Shown here: positions 59,752 through 64,000 of the stretch, piece by piece
Layout of the letters: every line of letters starts with the position of its first letter
Position numbering within the stretch: the first letter of the stretch is position 1
Assembly: GCA_964405335.1 (NCBI GenBank)
Contig: CAYONP010000017.1
Span: 8,570 to 72,569, forward strand
Reading direction: 5' to 3'
Origin: an uncultured Fimbriimonadaceae bacterium
GTDB taxonomy: Bacteria > Armatimonadota > UBA10988
DNA: 64,000 bases
Made by a program: the position numbers and the translations under genes
The notes under the pieces: model-generated
The model's input: only the letters and a program-made list of their open reading frames with translations
Told to the model about the DNA's origin: nothing
Database searches by the model: none

Positions 59752-61416
59752 TCAGCGCGTCCTGATCACCGTCGTGCGGACGGTGCCGGTGGCCTCCAGA
59801 CGCACCGTCTGGGCTGGGTCGGGCAGCTTCGGCATCGCCGGCGCGGCACCCTCTTCGCCGAGTGAGCCGTAGAGGCCCTGGATGCCCGACAGCGCCTGGC
59901 TCAGGTCGCCCATGCCGGGCACCAGTCCCTCGGGCGACATGGTGAAGCGCATCGATAGCTCGCTGTCGCTGCGCACCAGGGCGCCCTCGTCGGGGTCGAA
60001 CAGGCTGGTCAACGTGCCGCTCAACTCGCCCACGTTCTCTACCGGCTGATTGTCGCTGCCCGACAGCTTCATCGTCACCGGCGTGGTCAGGCGGGTCACG
60101 ATCCGGGCGACATCGCGCCCGGCGATGCGGGTGAAGCCGGCCAGCCGGCTCGACGCCTGAAACGTCGCCTGCCCGCCGTTCGGCAGTGGCACCGTGGCGG
60201 TGCGCTCCCACTCGTCACCAATGGCCAGCTCGCGGTCGGGGAAGCTCATCCCAGACATCTGTTGCACGATCGCCTGGTAATCGAACATCAACCCGTTCGG
60301 CAGCCCCGGCACGGGCACGCTCTCGCCGGCGCCGGACTGCTGCACGCCGAGCACCTCGCCGGTCGGGCTCATGGTCACCGTCAGCGGCGGCGGCGCGCCG
60401 GGCAGGGCGCCGCCGAACGGCTTGCCGTCCTGATCGACACCCCACGGCTGAAGCCCGAGGCGCATGGTCAGCCGGCCGCCGTCGTTGGCGATGATGTCCT
60501 GCGTGTAGCCCGAGCTGGCGGTGACATCGAGCGGGGTCGTCTCACCGAGGACCGACATGCTGCCGTCCATCCGCGTGCTCGCCTCGTACTGCAACCGCTG
60601 ACCCGGCACGCCGCCGTAGCGCAGCCGCACCCGGCCGGTGTTGCGCCAATCCGACCGCGGCGACGACTGCCCGGCGGCCGGCGCCAGCTCGGGCGATGCC
60701 GGCGCCTGGGGCGCGGCGTCGGCCACGGGCGCCGGCGCCGGATCGGCCGGCGCGGGCAGGTCGGCGTTGGTGGTGCCGGGCCCCGGCCGCTGCCGGCTGA
60801 GCCGCCCGAAGGCATACCCGCCGCCGGCGAGCAGCAGCAGCAGCAGGATCATCAGCGCCGCCAGCAGGGCGACCATCCAGCTCGGCGCGTGCGAGCGCTG
60901 GGCGGGCGGCGGGGCGAGCTGCTCCGCATCGTGGCCGCAGGTGGGGCAGAAGCGCGCGGCGGCGGGGAGCTGTTTGCCGCAGGCGACGCAGTAGTTGCGC
61001 CCGGGCTCGGCGGCGACCTCGCCGCGGACCAACGGGCCCAGGTCGCGGCCGCAGCGCGGGCAGACCGCCGGCGGCGTCGCCGGCAGGCCCAGCGCGCAGC
61101 CGGGGCAGCGCAGCGCCGCGGCCGACGACTCGCCGACGACGCGCAGCCGGGTGGTGCCGAACTGGATGATGTCGCCGTCGTGCAGCGGCGCCTCGGTCAC
61201 CCGGTGGCCGTTGACGAAACTGCCGTGCATGCTGCCCAGGTCGCGGACGTGCAGCCCCGTCTCGTCGAGGTCGACCACCGCGTGCTGGTCGTCGAGGTAG
61301 CGGTCGTGCAGGATGGCAATCGCCGCGCCGTGCCGGCCGACCGGGTGCGAGCCCGGTTCGACCGCGAAGCTGTGGCCGGCCATCGGACCGTCGTCAATGC
61401 TCAGCCGGTAGCTCAT
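59752..61416 (-). CDS. FHA domain / double zinc-ribbon / single-pass membrane protein
   Basis: ATG 61416 after GGGAGG. The upstream 76 codons of the track ORF are junk. The FHA domain contains VGRHGAA ... LGSMHGSFVNGHRV ... GDIIQFG. Zinc ribbons are CPGC..CPRCG and CVACG..CPTCG. The TM helix is WMVALLAALMILLLLLLAGGGYAF, followed by a Pro/Ala linker and a ~300-aa extracytoplasmic domain. Confidence 0.8.
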   Translation of the reverse strand: MSYRLSIDDGPMAGHSFAVEPGSHPVGRHGAAIAILHDRYLDDQHAVVDLDETGLHVRDLGSMHGSFVNGHRVTEAPLHDGDIIQFGTTRLRVVGESSAAALRCPGCALGLPATPPAVCPRCGRDLGPLVRGEVAAEPGRNYCVACGKQLPAAARFCPTCGHDAEQLAPPPAQRSHAPSWMVALLAALMILLLLLLAGGGYAFGRLSRQRPGPGTTNADLPAPADPAPAPVADAAPQAPASPELAPAAGQSSPRSDWRNTGRVRLRYGGVPGQRLQYEASTRMDGSMSVLGETTPLDVTASSGYTQDIIANDGGRLTMRLGLQPWGVDQDGKPFGGALPGAPPPLTVTMSPTGEVLGVQQSGAGESVPVPGLPNGLMFDYQAIVQQMSGMSFPDRELAIGDEWERTATVPLPNGGQATFQASSRLAGFTRIAGRDVARIVTRLTTPVTMKLSGSDNQPVENVGELSGTLTSLFDPDEGALVRSDSELSMRFTMSPEGLVPGMGDLSQALSGIQGLYGSLGEEGAAPAMPKLPDPAQTVRLEATGTVRTTVIRTR

Positions 61417-62095
61417 GCGCGACCTCCCGCAGGTGGATGACGCCCTGCTCGACCAGCCGCCGCCGCCCGCGCCCGGCGTCGTAGCAGGCGCGGCAGGCCA
61501 TCGCGCGGCCGAACCGCCGGCGTCGCACGAACTCTTGCCCACATCCTGGACAACGATAAACCACGCGCCGTTCGCTCCCGCGGAAACGATGGTGCGGGCC
61601 CTTTGGATCGTCGTCTCGGCCGTAGCCGATGCTGACGTGCCCACGTTCGGTCATCTTCGCCCGAAACGCCGCCGTGTGCCCGCACGGCAGGCCCTGCGCG
61701 TAGAGCCAGAGATGCACCATCTCGTGGTAGATCGTCTCGATCCGGGTCTCGGGCAACTGCGCCAGGCGGAGGCCGTTGAGCTCGAGCACCCGCCGCGCCG
61801 TGTCAATCCGCCCGGCGGTGGTGCGCAGGCGTTGGTTGATCACCAGCTTGACCGGCGGGCAGAGGTCGCCGAAGTGCGCCGCATTCAGCTCGTCATACTC
61901 GCGGTAGCCGGCGGACAGGTGCGGCAGATCAAATGCCGCCGGCAGCGGCTTGAGTGCGAACGGCAACTGCGGGAAGCCCGGCCAGCCGCCGGGGTAGTAG
62001 CGCAGTCCGACCGCCGCGGCGTCGTCGAAACGACTGCCCGGCCGCCAGTCGAGCGCCGCGCGCCAGCGGGCGACGATCGCGTCGAGTTCGGTCAC
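61394..62095 (-). CDS. SprT-like zinc metallopeptidase domain protein
   Basis: GTG 62095 forms a GTGA overlap with the upstream stop. HEMVH zinc motif (IYHEMVHLWLY) and a C-terminal zinc ribbon YRCPGCGQ ... CRAC. The rest of track ORF 61394..62947 is an out-of-frame shadow of the next gene. Confidence 0.8.
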   Translation of the reverse strand: MTELDAIVARWRAALDWRPGSRFDDAAAVGLRYYPGGWPGFPQLPFALKPLPAAFDLPHLSAGYREYDELNAAHFGDLCPPVKLVINQRLRTTAGRIDTARRVLELNGLRLAQLPETRIETIYHEMVHLWLYAQGLPCGHTAAFRAKMTERGHVSIGYGRDDDPKGPHHRFRGSERRVVYRCPGCGQEFVRRRRFGRAMACRACYDAGRGRRRLVEQGVIHLREVAHELPAEH

Positions 62096-62943
62096 AGGCC
62101 GGCCGCCGCCAGCGTGGCGCGGAGCGACTCCATGCCCCGGCGCGCGTTCTCGGCCGGCGGCATGGCCCAGTGGCTCGGGTTGAACAGCTCCAGCGACAGC
62201 GCGCCGGCGTAACCGATGTAGTGCAGGTCGCGCAGGAACGGCACCAGCGGCAGGTCGCCGTCGCCGGGGTAGACCCGGTCTTTGTCCTGCTGCTCGAAGC
62301 GCGGCGGCTCGCTTCCCGGCGCGTCGTTGAAGTGGCAGATGCCGATCTGTTCGGCGGTCAGCCGGCGGATGCGCCCGAAGCCCGAGCCGCCGCGCCAGAG
62401 GTGGAACGGGTCGAGCACCAGCGTCGCCGCCGGATGGTCGGCCAGCTCGACCACGGCCGCGGCCGTCTCGAGCTGGCAGACGCTGTTGAAGAAGCCGAGG
62501 AACTCCATCATCGGCGCCACGCCGGCCGCCTCGCCGAGCTCGAGCAGCGCGCGGTACCGCGCCGCGACGGCGTCGAGGTCGAGCGGGTAGAACCGCTCCT
62601 GCCGCCCGCCCGACGGCGTGGCGACCATCCGCGGCGCGCCGACGGCCGCCGCCTGGTCGAGCCGCCGGCGACAGGCCTCCAGCACGCCGGGCAGTTCGTC
62701 GGCGGGGCAGTCCATCCAGCCGGTCAACGTGATCACGCTCGGCACAACCAGGCCCAGGTCGTCCACCCGCGCCTTCAGTTCGCTCAGGCTGCCGCCCTGC
62801 TGCTCGAACTCGCTCAGTTCGTTCGACCACAGCTCGACCCGCGTGAACCCCGCCCCGGCGGCGATGCGCAGCTTCTCGGGCAGCGGCACGGCGCTGGCGA
62901 CAAACGGGTTGCACAGGCAACTGGTGTTGAGGCAGGGAATCAT
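62092..62943 (-). CDS. sugar phosphate isomerase/epimerase (xylose isomerase-like TIM barrel)
   Basis: 283 aa. GFTRVELW, LDPFHLW and SLELFN are typical AP-endonuclease-2/xylose-isomerase-like TIM-barrel strands. Confidence 0.85.
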   Translation of the reverse strand: MIPCLNTSCLCNPFVASAVPLPEKLRIAAGAGFTRVELWSNELSEFEQQGGSLSELKARVDDLGLVVPSVITLTGWMDCPADELPGVLEACRRRLDQAAAVGAPRMVATPSGGRQERFYPLDLDAVAARYRALLELGEAAGVAPMMEFLGFFNSVCQLETAAAVVELADHPAATLVLDPFHLWRGGSGFGRIRRLTAEQIGICHFNDAPGSEPPRFEQQDKDRVYPGDGDLPLVPFLRDLHYIGYAGALSLELFNPSHWAMPPAENARRGMESLRATLAAAGL

Positions 62944-62997
62944 CCACCGGGCTCCGCGGAGGGCTTGGCCGGCGCGGGCGGTGGTCCTTCCGGCGCG

Positions 62998-63231
62998 CTA
63001 CTCGTCGCCGTCGAACGGCGCGGTGTTGGGCACCTTGGCCATGGCCTGCTTGAACCGCCCGCGGTCGGCGCGGCGAGCGCGCTGCTCGAGGTACTCGACG
63101 GTCGCCAGAGCGGCCAGCTTCTCGGCCACGGCGGTGGTGATGAGCTGATTCATGGACACGCCCTCGTCGCGGGCCAGTTCACGGAGCCGGCGGTGGAGGG
63201 AGTTGGGGAGGCGGAAGGTGATGGTGGTCAT
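62998..63231 (-). CDS. ribbon-helix-helix (Arc/HicB-antitoxin-like) DNA-binding protein
   Basis: 77 aa. TITFRLPNSLHRRLRELARDEGVSMNQLITTAVAEKL has an RHH strand-helix-helix pattern. ATGA-type 4-nt overlap with the upstream gene. Confidence 0.7.
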   Translation of the reverse strand: MTTITFRLPNSLHRRLRELARDEGVSMNQLITTAVAEKLAALATVEYLEQRARRADRGRFKQAMAKVPNTAPFDGDE

Positions 63232-64000
63232 GGCGAGTCCACCAGGTGGCGGGCAAGCACGGCTCGAACGTAACCCGGTAGCGGTTCACCCATCCTCTCT
63301 GCCAACGACCGAAGCATGTCGAAGTCCGCCGTCTCATCCCCTCGCCAGACGAGGTCCAGCCGTCGCGCCGGCTCGGTCGCGATATGCTCGTAGCCCTCCG
63401 GTGCCGCCCAGTAGCACGTCGCGCAGACAGCGGCATCCTGGACCGGCCAGTTCGGGCAGTGCTCGCAGGTCCACGACTTGGCGCGGTTGCAGGAGCGGCC
63501 TACGGCCATGAACCGCGCTGGGTCCAGAGGCGCGTCGAGCGCATCACCGGCAATGGCATAAGGCACGCGATGATCGGCCTGCAGGAACCTGTCCTCGAAG
63601 CGTCCACTGCAGAGGGCGCACTGGTGGTCGGCGTCCTCGGCAACCCGCCGCACGAAGTCCCTGGGTAGCGCCGTGCGACCGGCCTGCTCGGCGGTCAGCA
63701 CCTCCTCGGGCGGGGCGAAGGAGTAGATCGCCATGACACGGCCGGTCTCCTCGTCGCGACCTCGCGACGACAGCACGCGGATGCCGTGGTCGGTGAGGTC
63801 CTTCCGCGCGCGAGGCGGGTGGTCGTAGCCGTTGCCCTGCAACACCCGCGTGCTGACAGAACCGTCCTCGAAGATGCGCCAGGCAACGAACCGGGCCCGA
63901 CGGCTGAGTCCGGCGAGGCGCTCGTAGAACGCCACCGGGTACTCCTGCCAGCTCTCTCGCCGCAGCACCTCGTCCAGGTAGCCGTGCCACCGGTCGTTTT
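63228..64000 (-). CDS. HNH endonuclease domain protein (partial; 5' end beyond window)
   Basis: The reading frame stays open upstream of the track start (…NDRWHGYLDEVLRRESWQEY…), so the gene runs off the window. The HNH/zinc region is CALCSG ... LQADHRVPYAIAG ... CNRAKSWTCEHCPNW ... CATCYW. The C-terminal tail LDLVWRGDETADFDMLRSLAERMGEPLPGYVRAVLARHL looks RHH-like. Confidence 0.7.
   Translation of the reverse strand, partial: NDRWHGYLDEVLRRESWQEYPVAFYERLAGLSRRARFVAWRIFEDGSVSTRVLQGNGYDHPPRARKDLTDHGIRVLSSRGRDEETGRVMAIYSFAPPEEVLTAEQAGRTALPRDFVRRVAEDADHQCALCSGRFEDRFLQADHRVPYAIAGDALDAPLDPARFMAVGRSCNRAKSWTCEHCPNWPVQDAAVCATCYWAAPEGYEHIATEPARRLDLVWRGDETADFDMLRSLAERMGEPLPGYVRAVLARHLVDSP

Noticed and set aside
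1-64000. Prophage, integron, IS element or genomic-island boundaries (integrase, transposase, tRNA-adjacent att sites).
   Set aside because: I recognised no integrase, transposase, recombinase or phage structural motifs in any frame, and no tRNA. Only local compositional dips were seen (1468-2646, the pilin-like genes and the two 83-nt elements).

Overview
GC-rich (by eye about two-thirds G+C or more), gene-dense bacterial chromosomal segment with about 55 protein-coding genes on both strands. I found no rRNA, tRNA, CRISPR array, transposase or integrase. The gene content suggests a diderm of the PVC/Planctomycetota-like group, but this is inference only. It includes H-X9-DG prepilin-like proteins, a PEP-CTERM VWA protein, lipoprotein serpins, many polytopic membrane proteins of unknown function, sigma-54 and KdsA/KdsD. 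Clear housekeeping genes are era, rel (RelA/SpoT), rarA, rpoN, kdsA, kdsD and a beta-CASP RNase. Many gene pairs are coupled by 4-nt GTGA/ATGA start/stop overlaps.

Most of the very long ORFs in the supplied track are Arg/Gly/Ala/Pro-rich antisense or N-terminally over-extended artefacts of the high GC. I trimmed several starts and added one partial gene at each edge that the track could not fully list (1..1393 minus; 63228..>64000 minus).

Observations most worth follow-up:
1. An operon of four translationally coupled lipoprotein serpins (36576-41586) with unrelated reactive-centre loops.
2. Convergent with it, a small secreted protein carrying three nucleotide-identical 33-nt repeats (EAGAWNKRPPR) and a 6-Cys tail. 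It sits behind a hemerythrin gene and a 1148-aa zinc-ribbon polytopic membrane protein.
3. A deeply divergent second sigma-54-like gene (2848-4152) coupled to a membrane protein, about 10 kb from the canonical rpoN.
4. A secreted caspase-PEGA-PDZ protein.
5. An 83-nt intergenic element with 13-bp terminal inverted repeats, present twice.
6. A fusion of an M28/DUF4910-like domain with an AAC(3)-type acetyltransferase domain.

All functional calls come from motif recognition by eye. No database search was run.
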